Source of the DNA: an uncultured Gemmatimonadales bacterium | GTDB lineage: Bacteria; Gemmatimonadota; Gemmatimonadetes; Gemmatimonadales; GWC2-71-9 | Direction: 5' to 3' | Assembly (NCBI GenBank): GCA_963695555.1 | Contig: CAVOGR010000002.1 | Location: 416,001-480,000 of the forward strand | DNA: 64,000 bases | Part shown: positions 27,553-36,557 of the stretch, in pieces | Numbering within the stretch: the first letter of the stretch is position 1 | Layout: each line of letters opens with the position of its first letter | Notes under the pieces: model-generated | The model's input: the letters and a program-made list of their open reading frames with translations, nothing else | What the model was told of the DNA's origin: nothing | Database searches by the model: none | Program-made: the position numbers and the translations under genes

Positions 27553-29298
27553 ATGTCCTGGAGCGTCCTCCCGAAACAGCGTTGGGTCCTGGTGGTGATC
27601 CTCTCCGGCATCGCGATCCTCGGCATGACCGCCGAGTTCGTGGCCCCGCCCGACCCGGACAACGCCTTCTTGCTCTATGCCGCCGGACGGGTGCTCGACG
27701 GTGCCAAGCTCTACGTCGATATCATTGAGATCAATCCGCCACTGATTATCGCGTTCAACTTCCCGCCGATCCTCATTGCACGGGTGATCGGGGTCTCGGA
27801 GCTCCTCGTCTTTCGGGTCGGGGTGGCCTGCCTGCTCGGCCTGTCGCTCCTGGCCTCTCGAGTTGGGTTGCGCGCCATTTTTTTAGGCCGGGACAGAGCG
27901 GTGCGTACCTCGATGACGATCCTGATCGCCTTCGTTCTCTTTCTTCTGCCGGGTGAAGTGTTCAGCGAGCGTGAGCATCTCATGTTCGCGCTGGTGTTGC
28001 CCTACCTCTTAGTGACGATCGCCCGGCGCATGAATCGCCCGATCCCCGTCCCCCATGCGCACGCGATCGGCGCGCTCGCGGGACTGGGATTCGCGCTCAA
28101 GCCGCAGTTCGTGCTGCTCTGGCTGGTCGTCGAACTGTGGCTCGCTGCCAGCCGACGAGCGTGGCCCAAGCTTCGTCCTGAGAACACGTGGGTCGCGGTG
28201 ATTTTCGTGGTGTACGCCCTCGCCGCCCTCGCCTTGACCCCCGAGTACCTCGACGTGGTCAATGAACTCGGCGGGCCATACCTGTCGTTTCTCAGGAACT
28301 CGCCGATCATGACGCTCATGTTCGGTAGCGGAGCGCGACTGCCTTTGGTGGCCCTCCTCGCGTTCCTGGCCCTCCGCGGGCGGTGCTCGCACCCGGCGGT
28401 CAACGCCGGACTCGCCGTTGCAATTGTTGGATTGTTGCTCGTGGGCACGATTCAAGGAAAAGGATGGAGCTATCACTTCTATCCCGCGTCCGCGACGTCA
28501 GTCGTTCTCCTCGGGCTCATGGTTGCAACTGTTCGGCGACCGCTCACGTCGTTGGCGCCGCGGGTCTATGGCGTCGTGGGGTACGGGCTCGTGGCAGCGG
28601 TTGTTCTGGGCGCGGTTACCATGGCTGCCTGGAAGGTGATGGACCCCAAAGGGCCGGAGGTCGAGCCGTTCCCGGAGTTCTGGGAACTCGCCGAGCTGGT
28701 GCGAGACCGTGCGGCCGGCGAAGCGGTAGCAGTGTTGTCCTACAACATGCGGTCGGCATGGCCACTGGTTCCTTATGCCCACGCCGAATGGCCGCTGCGT
28801 TATCCGAGTATGTGGATTCTCTGGGTGCTGTATGCTGACCAGTTCCAGCAGCCGGACCCGCTCGTCTATCGGCCGGCCAGCAGCGAGATGCCGCTGGAGC
28901 GCAACTTCAAGCTCGCGGTCGTGTCCGACCTGGAACGAGCGAAGCCGAGGCTACTCGTCGTTCTAGGATCGGCCAGGGATGTGCCAGGGAACGATGCACG
29001 GCGGCTCGACTACCTCGCGTATTTCTCACGGGTGCCACGCTTCGCGCGTGAGCTTGCCTCATACCGCTATGTGACGACCCTCGGTCAACATGATGTCTAT
29101 GAGCGGACATCCGAGCCGTTGCCTGTTGCAGCGACGCGCCCGCCGAATCATGCCCAAGGAGACCTCGAGGCCGCCACGCGTCCCGGGATCCGATTTGCGT
29201 TTGGCGGTCTGGCGGAGCGAGTTCGCCTCGTGGTTTTTCTTCTTGCTGTTGGAGTTGCAGTCGGCACCGGGTGGCACCGAGGGGAAGGTAGGGCCTAA
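27553..29298 (+). CDS. polytopic membrane protein, predicted GT-C-fold glycosyltransferase (paralog 2)
   Basis: DNAFLLY...LYVDIIEINPPL, SEREH, ALKPQF and KGWSYHFYP; co-linear paralog of the upstream gene. Confidence 0.6.
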   Translation: MSWSVLPKQRWVLVVILSGIAILGMTAEFVAPPDPDNAFLLYAAGRVLDGAKLYVDIIEINPPLIIAFNFPPILIARVIGVSELLVFRVGVACLLGLSLLASRVGLRAIFLGRDRAVRTSMTILIAFVLFLLPGEVFSEREHLMFALVLPYLLVTIARRMNRPIPVPHAHAIGALAGLGFALKPQFVLLWLVVELWLAASRRAWPKLRPENTWVAVIFVVYALAALALTPEYLDVVNELGGPYLSFLRNSPIMTLMFGSGARLPLVALLAFLALRGRCSHPAVNAGLAVAIVGLLLVGTIQGKGWSYHFYPASATSVVLLGLMVATVRRPLTSLAPRVYGVVGYGLVAAVVLGAVTMAAWKVMDPKGPEVEPFPEFWELAELVRDRAAGEAVAVLSYNMRSAWPLVPYAHAEWPLRYPSMWILWVLYADQFQQPDPLVYRPASSEMPLERNFKLAVVSDLERAKPRLLVVLGSARDVPGNDARRLDYLAYFSRVPRFARELASYRYVTTLGQHDVYERTSEPLPVAATRPPNHAQGDLEAATRPGIRFAFGGLAERVRLVVFLLAVGVAVGTGWHRGEGRA

Positions 29299-30038
29299 GC
29301 CCCAGCCTTTCGAGCGATCGCGAGGAGAGAGAGCCCGGCCGGGAACCCGCGCGGGCGCCCATTGGGAACTAGGTGTCGCCGCTCGCTCGCGAACACCCGA
29401 GTCATGAGCCGGTTTGCCCAGGGTGGTGGCATCGAGAGATCGGCCTTGCCGACGCTCCGGATGACGCGCCGAGCCAAGCGCGCCGCCACGGCGGATGGGA
29501 ACAGATACGAGTTGAAGTAGGTGAGTTGCTCGATCTCGAACCCTGCCTGCTGCAACAGCGCAGCCACTTCCTTCCTGACGTAGCGACGCTTGTGTTCGTT
29601 GAGTACGTCGTGTTCCGACCAAAGCCACATGTACGCCGGCACGGTAATCATGACGAGGCCACGATCGGCGAGTACGTCGCGGGCATTTGTGAGCGCCGAG
29701 AGATCGTCGTCGACGTGCTCGATGACGTCGAAGAAGCCGACCGCGTCGAAGCGTTTGTCTTGGACGGCGGAAAAATCCTCGGTGGAACCTGGCACCACCT
29801 GTGTCAAGCCGCGGTCTTGGCAGATCTTGACGGCGACCGGTGACGGATCGATGCCCCACGCGTCGAATTCCTGCTGTGCCCCTTCGAGGAAATATCCCGT
29901 CGCGCAGCCGACGTCGAGAATGCGCCCCCCGCGCGGGAGGTAGTGCCTGAAGAGCGCCAAGAGGATCTGACGGCGCGCGACGAACCACCAATGGGATCGT
30001 TCGACCTCCAGGAACTTCCAATACAGGCTCTCATCCAT
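29295..30038 (-). CDS. class I SAM-dependent methyltransferase of the type found in glycan loci
   Basis: HWWFVARR, ILDVGCATG, DVIEH and TVPAYMWLWSEHD...HKRRY. Confidence 0.9.
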   Translation of the reverse strand: MDESLYWKFLEVERSHWWFVARRQILLALFRHYLPRGGRILDVGCATGYFLEGAQQEFDAWGIDPSPVAVKICQDRGLTQVVPGSTEDFSAVQDKRFDAVGFFDVIEHVDDDLSALTNARDVLADRGLVMITVPAYMWLWSEHDVLNEHKRRYVRKEVAALLQQAGFEIEQLTYFNSYLFPSAVAARLARRVIRSVGKADLSMPPPWANRLMTRVFASERRHLVPNGRPRGFPAGLSLLAIARKAGA

Positions 30039-30071
30039 TGATAGGACTCCCGGGCATACCAAACGTGGTTG

Positions 30072-31112
30072 TCACGGGCGCACCTGGAAGGCGTGGGACG
30101 TGTCCGCGACGGATTGGTGCGGCTTCAACCGGAGCGCCGCCGCCGTCCATCGTCGCACCATCCATGAGGTCATTGCGATCGCGCCCGCCGCGAGGAGCAA
30201 CCCACCGGCACCATCCAGTGCGTAGTGCCAGCCCAGCATGACCGTGGATGCCCAGACCGTCAAGACCCACGGCACGGTAAAGAACATGGTCTTCCGGTTC
30301 CCGACGCCAAGCCAATAGGCGGTGAGGCCGACCATCGCGATGTGGAGGCTCGGCATGGCGGAAACGCCGCCCAGGAGGGCCGCATTCAGGGTCACGTCGG
30401 CTGGATCCATGGCAATCAGTCGCGCGATGTATTCCATGGCCAGGCCGCTGGGTGACCCGTCCAGATATCCGAATAGTTCCGGCTGATAGAAGGCGGGGCC
30501 CATGACCGGGGTTACCAGGCCGATCAAGCGACCCAGGTAAAAGATCAAGATGAACGAGACAAAGAAGCTGGTCAGCAGGCGGGGTTTGCGCCCAACCACA
30601 AAGAGGAGGAAGACGGCGCCCAACTCGATGGTCCACGCACTATGGTACAACGTCTCCCACGCCAGGACGAGGAATGCGTGCCTGGTGACCCAGGTGAAAA
30701 GGCCGCTTTCCAGGGCCCAGAAAAAGGAGTCCCGCCACGCAGTCACTGAATCCAGCAGCGTGAGGCTAATCAACGTGATGTTGGCCGTCTGCACCACGAA
30801 ATAGACCGCCGGAGCCATGAGCAAGAGCGGCCACGGCCCTAGGCTGAAGAACCCCATGCGACGCCAGAGTCCCCGCCGACCCGGAAGGAGCCTGGAGGTA
30901 ATCACTGTGGCTCCATCCCAGAGCACCGCCCAGAGCAAGATGTGACCGAGAGCGAACGCCAGCAGCATGCTGGTCTTGTCCAGCCAGAACGAGAAGCGAG
31001 ATCCCACGACCACAGCAACGAGTGCCGTGCTGACGAGCGACACCGCACCCGTAGCGAGGATGAGCGCGAGATGGGTAGCCGCCTCTCGCCAGGAAGCGCG
31101 TATCGCGTTCAT
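30072..31112 (-). CDS. PAP2-superfamily membrane protein (PAP2_3 / IPC-synthase-like)
   Basis: PVMGP, SAMPSLH and GWHYALD catalytic motifs; multiple TM helices. Confidence 0.8.
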   Translation of the reverse strand: MNAIRASWREAATHLALILATGAVSLVSTALVAVVVGSRFSFWLDKTSMLLAFALGHILLWAVLWDGATVITSRLLPGRRGLWRRMGFFSLGPWPLLLMAPAVYFVVQTANITLISLTLLDSVTAWRDSFFWALESGLFTWVTRHAFLVLAWETLYHSAWTIELGAVFLLFVVGRKPRLLTSFFVSFILIFYLGRLIGLVTPVMGPAFYQPELFGYLDGSPSGLAMEYIARLIAMDPADVTLNAALLGGVSAMPSLHIAMVGLTAYWLGVGNRKTMFFTVPWVLTVWASTVMLGWHYALDGAGGLLLAAGAIAMTSWMVRRWTAAALRLKPHQSVADTSHAFQVRP

Positions 31113-31139
31113 GCGGTGATGCGTCCCGTGGTCATCCGG

Positions 31140-32720
31140 CTACTCGGCCTTCCGGTCGGCCCGGGCTCGTTCATAGCAAGCCCAAAGCTTGTGCCAGTCT
31201 GAGCCTCTTCGGTCTTGCTCGTCGCCCGACGCCGGGTAGCCACGCTGCAGCAGCACTGCCCTGTCGTCGCAGTACCTGACCCCCCAGGTGAAGTCTCGTG
31301 CAAGCTCGTGCGCCAAGGGTGAGCCCGTACCGAGAAGTGCCAAGGAGACCTTGCGTTGCTCGAGGTTGTCCCGCCAGCCCGGCGTCAGGGTGATGGTTTC
31401 GATAAACTCACGGTAGAGGTCGGTGCCGTAGTAGTCCGTCCCGCCGTCGATGAAGACCCGTTGTTCGGGCCACTCGAGCAGCAGGTAGCCGCCCCAGATG
31501 AATTCGTGGAATAAATTGCCTTCGACCCCGTCACGCCGTGCCTCTTCGACCGCGGCCACTGGAAACACCTTGGGGTCGAATGTATTGGGCACTACCATCA
31601 CGGGGCCGATCGTGCCGCGATTGAGCGCGACGACGATGAGGACAACCGTTATTCCGAGCGCCCATGGGCCGGACCTGCGGCGCTGTTCGTCGCGCTCGAA
31701 GGCCGCCCGGATTCGGCCGATACCCGGAAGCCGGCGCCATTCGGGGTCGACATGGAGCGCCATCACCGCCACGGCCGTGAGCCCGAAGAGGGCGATGTTG
31801 CGCTGGGCGATGAGGCTGAAGGCTATGCTCGCCAAAATGAGAAAGAACCGCGGATATGTCGGCCGCTTACGGCTCCAGGCAAGGCCACCCACGACGAGGA
31901 GCATCACTCCCAAGAAGATCTTCCCGGTCCACACGTGGAAGTTGGGCGACATGAACTCGTTGGTCACGTCGCTCAGATAGCCCTCACCGAAGAACCCCAC
32001 CACGTGCGCGGGCAGGCCAAGACCGTTGGGATTGATGACCGTGGCCAAGACGCCCACCAGCAAGGCCAGCCCGTAGTGCTTGGCCCAGGCGAGCCATGCG
32101 GCGCGATTGGTTGGTGAGATCGCCTCCGCCAGAGCGCCCACCAGGTAAATGCCGACAAGGACCAGGCCGAAGGAAAACCCACCATGCAGGTTGGCCCACA
32201 CGGCAAACAAGACACCATAGATCCAAAGCTTCGCCGGTCGTTCACGTTCGAGCAGAAAGAGCAGCAGCACGACCGCGAGGAAGGTTACCAAATGCGGCCT
32301 GGCCAACCAGTGAACCCCCCCCAGGATCGCGGCAACGGTACCGGTCACATAGGCGAGAAACGGATCGACCCCGCGCCTGAGCAGGAAGCGGGTGACCAGG
32401 GCATAGGTAAGAGCGAGGAGTAGTCCGGCGAAGATAGCCACGCCGGCCAGCCCAGCCAGCTGGTAGACGCCGGCATACATCACCTCGCTCAGCCACTCGA
32501 AAGCAACAAAGGGCTGGCCCGCCTTGGTCCAGGAAAAGAAATCTTGCCGCACCAGCGCCCGGTGCTCGAGCATGTAGCTCCCGAGCCGCAGGTGCCTCGG
32601 CAGGTCACCATCCCCGTTGATGAGGCGGCCGTAGAACACCAGCGGTATCACCAGCGCCCATGTGAGGAACACGAGATCGAAGATGGCGGGCTGGATCGAC
32701 TTCCTGTGAGAATCGGTCAG
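31140..32720 (-). CDS. polytopic membrane protein, predicted GT-C-fold glycosyltransferase
   Basis: DGDLPRHLRLG, EWLSE, ARPH, WANLHGGF, WGGYL and FIDG motifs. First GTG is at 32672; an in-frame CTG at 32720 has GAGGGGG upstream. Confidence 0.6.
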   Translation of the reverse strand: MTDSHRKSIQPAIFDLVFLTWALVIPLVFYGRLINGDGDLPRHLRLGSYMLEHRALVRQDFFSWTKAGQPFVAFEWLSEVMYAGVYQLAGLAGVAIFAGLLLALTYALVTRFLLRRGVDPFLAYVTGTVAAILGGVHWLARPHLVTFLAVVLLLFLLERERPAKLWIYGVLFAVWANLHGGFSFGLVLVGIYLVGALAEAISPTNRAAWLAWAKHYGLALLVGVLATVINPNGLGLPAHVVGFFGEGYLSDVTNEFMSPNFHVWTGKIFLGVMLLVVGGLAWSRKRPTYPRFFLILASIAFSLIAQRNIALFGLTAVAVMALHVDPEWRRLPGIGRIRAAFERDEQRRRSGPWALGITVVLIVVALNRGTIGPVMVVPNTFDPKVFPVAAVEEARRDGVEGNLFHEFIWGGYLLLEWPEQRVFIDGGTDYYGTDLYREFIETITLTPGWRDNLEQRKVSLALLGTGSPLAHELARDFTWGVRYCDDRAVLLQRGYPASGDEQDRRGSDWHKLWACYERARADRKAE

Positions 32721-32852
32721 GGTACCAGCCCCCTCGTAATGGGTGATGCTTCAACGACGCGCCGAGATAAGGTACGCTCGGTTCCGCAAATGGGGTGCCC
32801 CTCCGGATTTTCATGGACCAGGGGGACTCATGGGTGTGGGGTGGTCGCTATG

Positions 32853-32868
32853 TGTGACGGCGGTCACA
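32853..32868. promoter_or_regulatory. palindromic operator/enhancer TGTGA-N6-TCACA
   Basis: TGTGACGGCGGTCACA fits both the CRP-family box and the TGT-N10-ACA enhancer pattern, about 120 bp upstream of the -24 element. Confidence 0.55.
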
Positions 32869-32925
32869 CGGACCGACGCGGAAGCGCAACAGCCACAGGC
32901 CGACCCCCGTCAGGGCCCGAAATTC

Positions 32926-32950
32926 TAAGTTGTTGTAATACAACACGTTA
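32926..32950. promoter_or_regulatory. 25-bp motif copy B, IHF-like
   Basis: TAAGTTGTTGTAATACAACACGTTA, a near-perfect palindrome lying between the enhancer and the sigma-54 box. Confidence 0.6.
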
Positions 32951-32987
32951 TAATACCGACAACCACTCTCCCCCTCCTTCTCTTGCG

Positions 32988-33001
32988 GGCACGTCGATTG
33001 C
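32988..33001 (+). promoter_or_regulatory. sigma-54 (-24/-12) promoter of the flp/tad operon
   Basis: GGCACGTCGATTGC = GGCAC-N5-TTGC, with exact GG-N10-GC spacing. Confidence 0.7.
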
Positions 33002-33129
33002 GCAGTACCTTCGCCGCTGGTTGTTAAGCAGCGAGGGCTGCGATCGCTGTCCAGACGGCAGCGTCGTTTCGTGGTCCCCGCTCTTCGTGTCCCCGGTGTC
33101 TCAGTGTCAACTTTATGGAGGCCGCACTT

Positions 33130-33324
33130 ATGAAGACCCTTCTCACTCGGCTGCTCAGCGATGAGTCCGGTCAGGGGCTGACCGAATACGCCCTGATCAT
33201 CGCCCTCGTCGCCGTCGCCCTCGTGGCGATCCTGGTCCTGTTCCGGAATGCCATCGGCGGTGTATTCGACACCGGGGCGCAGGTCCTCAACAACGCTCCG
33301 AACTCACCAGCGTACGTCCCGTAA
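33130..33324 (+). CDS. flp: Flp family pilin (Tad pilus major subunit)
   Basis: Leader ending DESG|QGLTEYALII (G|xxxxEY), then a hydrophobic helix; GGAGG RBS. Confidence 0.95.
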   Translation: MKTLLTRLLSDESGQGLTEYALIIALVAVALVAILVLFRNAIGGVFDTGAQVLNNAPNSPAYVP

Positions 33325-33335
33325 AGCTTGGGTGG

Positions 33336-33373
33336 AAGCAGCGGGTCGGGGGAACCCCGATCCCGCTGCTTTT
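33336..33373 (+). terminator. hairpin after the pilin gene (partial terminator or mRNA stabiliser)
   Basis: AAGCAGCGGGTCGGGG-GAA-CCCCGA(T)CCCGCTGCTT followed by T residues. Confidence 0.75.
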
Positions 33374-33401
33374 GCCTTTGTACGGGAGGAATGGTGCGCC
33401 A

Positions 33402-33923
33402 GTGCGCCTCGTCTTTGATGTCACGTTGGTCGCTCTGGCTCTGGCCGGTGGATGGTACGATGTCCGCACGCGGAGAATCCCCAACGCCCTGACCCTCACG
33501 GGCCTGCTTGTTGGGCTCCTGCTTCGGGTGCCGTTCGGCCTGCCAGCGGTTGCGGACGGGGTTGTCGGAGCGGGGTTCGGGTTCCTCGTTGCTGTCCCGC
33601 TGTTTGCCCTAGGCGCCTTCGGTGGTGGGGACACCAAGTTCCTCATTGCCTTGGGCGCCTTTCTTGGCGGCAGCCGCCTCCTCGGGGCCCTGCTGGTCAT
33701 CGCCGTTGTCGGCGGCGTGCTGGCCGTGCTGGACGCGATCCGGCGCGGCGCCATGGTCCGTCTCTTGCGGGACTCGGTTGCGCTTACCCTGAACCTGGTA
33801 ACTTTCGGGCGGGTAGGATCGAGACCCACGATTGAGTCGCCCGGTGTTGCCACGATACCCTATGGCGTTCCGATGGCAATTGGTGCGGTTGCCTGGTGGT
33901 TTCTTGGAGGGAAAGTGCTATGA
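33402..33923 (+). CDS. cpaA: prepilin peptidase, A24 family (TadV/CpaA)
   Basis: YDVRTRRIPN, GGGDTK and IPYGVPM; GGAGG upstream of GTG 33402. Confidence 0.92.
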   Translation: MRLVFDVTLVALALAGGWYDVRTRRIPNALTLTGLLVGLLLRVPFGLPAVADGVVGAGFGFLVAVPLFALGAFGGGDTKFLIALGAFLGGSRLLGALLVIAVVGGVLAVLDAIRRGAMVRLLRDSVALTLNLVTFGRVGSRPTIESPGVATIPYGVPMAIGAVAWWFLGGKVL

Positions 33924-34345
33924 CGTTGCGCGCTCGGCTCAGACGTTCGGATGCGGGCCAGTCTCTGGTTGAGTTTGCCCTAGTGATGCCGATCGTGCTG
34001 CTCATGCTCGTCGGGATCATCGAATTTGGCCGCGCCTGGAACGTGCAGCAGGTCATGACGGATGCGGCTCGGGAAGGAGCGCGCCACGGCGTGCTGGCTA
34101 ATCCTGCGATTACCCAACAGAGTGTCGTAGGGACGATCAACACGGCCCTCGCGCGCGCGGCGATCGATACCAATACCACCCAGATCACCTTGACAGGATT
34201 CGGCAGCGGCACGGGCAACCTGCTCACGGTCGATGTCCAATATCCCTATCAGTTCCGGTTCCTTGGGGTGCTCATCAACCTGGCCAACTTGGGCCAGAAT
34301 GGGTACGTCGTATTGAAGACCCAATTCGTGATGCGGAACGAGTAG
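33920..34345 (+). CDS. tadE: TadE-like pseudopilin
   Basis: G|QSLVEFALV and AAREGAR; ATGA overlap with cpaA. Confidence 0.92.
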   Translation: MTLRARLRRSDAGQSLVEFALVMPIVLLMLVGIIEFGRAWNVQQVMTDAAREGARHGVLANPAITQQSVVGTINTALARAAIDTNTTQITLTGFGSGTGNLLTVDVQYPYQFRFLGVLINLANLGQNGYVVLKTQFVMRNE

Positions 34346-34361
34346 GCCGAGGCACACGCAA

Positions 34362-35195
34362 ATGAAACGACCCCAACCCTGGCTGCTCCTGGTGCTTGCA
34401 CTCGGCTTCGGAACCGCCGCGGCGTACTTGGCGCTCAACTACATCCGGAATCAGACGACCCCGCTCCTGTCGGCCGAGGCGCCGAAGGGGCAAGTCGTCC
34501 TCGCGATGAAGGATCTCCCGATCGGCGCGATTGTGGGCGCGCAGGATATCCGCGCAGTGGATTGGCCGGGCGATGCCCTCCCACCGGGCTTTCTCAGCGT
34601 TCCCGAGGAGGTCGTCGGACGAGGGGTCATTACCCCTGTCAAGCTCAATGAGCCCTTCCTGGAGGGGAAACTCGCCCCGCGGGGCGCAGGGGGTGGAATT
34701 ACTACCATCATCACCGAAGGATTACGAGCGCTGAGTGTCCGGGTCGATGAGGTGATTGCCGTGGCCGGGTTCGTCATCCCGGGCACGCGGGTCGACGTAT
34801 TGATCACGAAGAACGTGGCCGGCCAGAATACCACGCGCGCCATTCTTCAGAATGTTCAGGTGCTTGCAGCCGGCCAATCGATCCAAACCGATGCAGAGGG
34901 CAAGCCACAGACGGTGGCGGTCATTACGGTGCTCCTGTCGCCGGAGCAGGCCGAGCTGCTGACCCTGGCCGCGAACGATGGACGGATCCAGATGACCCTG
35001 CGGAACGCCCTCGACACCGTTCAGGTCGTCACATCCGGGGCGCGATCCTCCGAGCTGCTCTCGGTGGGCCGCCGCCCGACGCGTACCACTCGCCCCAGGG
35101 TGTCGGCCCAGGCGGCCACCCTGCCGCGGCAGACGGAGACGATCATCGAGGTGTTCAAGGGCGGGCAGAAGACGCTGACCAAGTTCAACAACTGA
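34362..35195 (+). CDS. cpaB: Flp pilus assembly protein CpaB/RcpC
   Basis: N-terminal TM, SAF domain, GLRALSV, GFVIPGTRVDV and ILQNVQVLA. Confidence 0.93.
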   Translation: MKRPQPWLLLVLALGFGTAAAYLALNYIRNQTTPLLSAEAPKGQVVLAMKDLPIGAIVGAQDIRAVDWPGDALPPGFLSVPEEVVGRGVITPVKLNEPFLEGKLAPRGAGGGITTIITEGLRALSVRVDEVIAVAGFVIPGTRVDVLITKNVAGQNTTRAILQNVQVLAAGQSIQTDAEGKPQTVAVITVLLSPEQAELLTLAANDGRIQMTLRNALDTVQVVTSGARSSELLSVGRRPTRTTRPRVSAQAATLPRQTETIIEVFKGGQKTLTKFNN

Positions 35196-35208
35196 GCTGA
35201 CCCAAACC

Positions 35209-36519
35209 TTGCGAGGGGTGTTCGTGTCGATTCAACGGTTGCTTTCCAGATCCAGCTTGGCACCTCGCGGTCGCCGGTGGTCGGTGTTGACACTGGTGGC
35301 GCTGGCCTATCTACCCGCATCCCTCGGGGCCCAGCAGGTTCTGAAGGAGCCGGAACAGGTGCTCTCGGTTGCGAGGGGAGCGTCGCTCTTGTTGACCAAC
35401 CCCTTCCGCTTCGAGCGGGTTGCCTTGGGCGACCCTTCGATTGCAGAGGCGAATGCGGTCTCCCCCACCGAACTCCTGATCACCGGCCAGACCCTCGGCA
35501 CGACCAGCCTCCTGATCTGGTCAACCACGGGTACGCCGAGGTTCTATTCGGTGGAGGTCACCGCCGATGCACCCGGCCTCGAGCGCTTCATCAAGGAACT
35601 CATGCCGGACGAGGATATCCGGGTCTCTGCCAGTGGCAACACTGTGACCCTGTCGGGCACGGTACGGGATCCCAACTCGGTGGCCCGCGCCATCGAGATC
35701 GCCGAAACGAGCGGGGCCACCGTCATCGACAACCTGGTGGCGCCGCCGGCGGTTCAGGTTCTGCTGCAGGTGCGTTTTGCGGAAATTACCCGGAGCGGGA
35801 TGAAGGACTTTGCGACCGCCCTCTCGACCTTGAACCCGCAGGACCTGAGCGATAACGGCGATTGGGAGGGCGAATCGATTTCTGACGGACTGCTGAGGGT
35901 GCTGCTCTCCAATCCGAACGCCAATATCGAAGGCATTATTAGGGCGTCGATATCCAAGGGCAACTTCCGGAGCCTGGCCGAGCCGAATCTCCTGACATTG
36001 CCCGGCAAGGAAGCCTATTTCCTGGCTGGCGGCGAGTTCCCGTACCCCACGATCCAAAGCGGCGGCAGCCAGAACGTGACGATCATCTTCAAGGAATTCG
36101 GGATCAAGCTTCGCTTCACGCCCAACATTACCCGCAGCGGAGCCATCCGGCTCAAGGTGGAGCCGGAGGTGTCCTCGCTCGACTTCGCCAACGGCCTGGT
36201 GATTGGCGGATTCCAGATCCCGACCCTGATCACCCGCAAGGCCCAGACCGAGGTCGAGCTCCGGGCGGGCCAGTATTTGGCCATTGCCGGGCTCATCGAC
36301 AACAATCTGATCGATAACGTGAGCAAGATCCCCATCCTCGGGGACATCCCGATTCTGGGCCAGTTCTTCCGGACCACCGATGCCCGGCAGCGCCGGAGCG
36401 AACTACTGGTGTTGATCACCCCGCACTTCGTCGTCGCCAACGAGACAGCGGTCCCGCTGCCGACCGGCGAGCCCGAGACCTGGAAGTGGCCCGGGTGGCT
36501 CAAGTATCCGAAGAACTAG
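35209..36519 (+). CDS. cpaC: Tad secretin CpaC/RcpA (start may be GTG 35224)
   Basis: GTTSLLIW, QVLLQVRFAE, LAEPNL, FLAGGEFP and KIPILGDIPILGQFF. Confidence 0.93.
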   Translation: MRGVFVSIQRLLSRSSLAPRGRRWSVLTLVALAYLPASLGAQQVLKEPEQVLSVARGASLLLTNPFRFERVALGDPSIAEANAVSPTELLITGQTLGTTSLLIWSTTGTPRFYSVEVTADAPGLERFIKELMPDEDIRVSASGNTVTLSGTVRDPNSVARAIEIAETSGATVIDNLVAPPAVQVLLQVRFAEITRSGMKDFATALSTLNPQDLSDNGDWEGESISDGLLRVLLSNPNANIEGIIRASISKGNFRSLAEPNLLTLPGKEAYFLAGGEFPYPTIQSGGSQNVTIIFKEFGIKLRFTPNITRSGAIRLKVEPEVSSLDFANGLVIGGFQIPTLITRKAQTEVELRAGQYLAIAGLIDNNLIDNVSKIPILGDIPILGQFFRTTDARQRRSELLVLITPHFVVANETAVPLPTGEPETWKWPGWLKYPKN

Positions 36520-36557
36520 GGGCGGCTGGCCGCTCATCCCCCTGGAGGAACCTGGCA

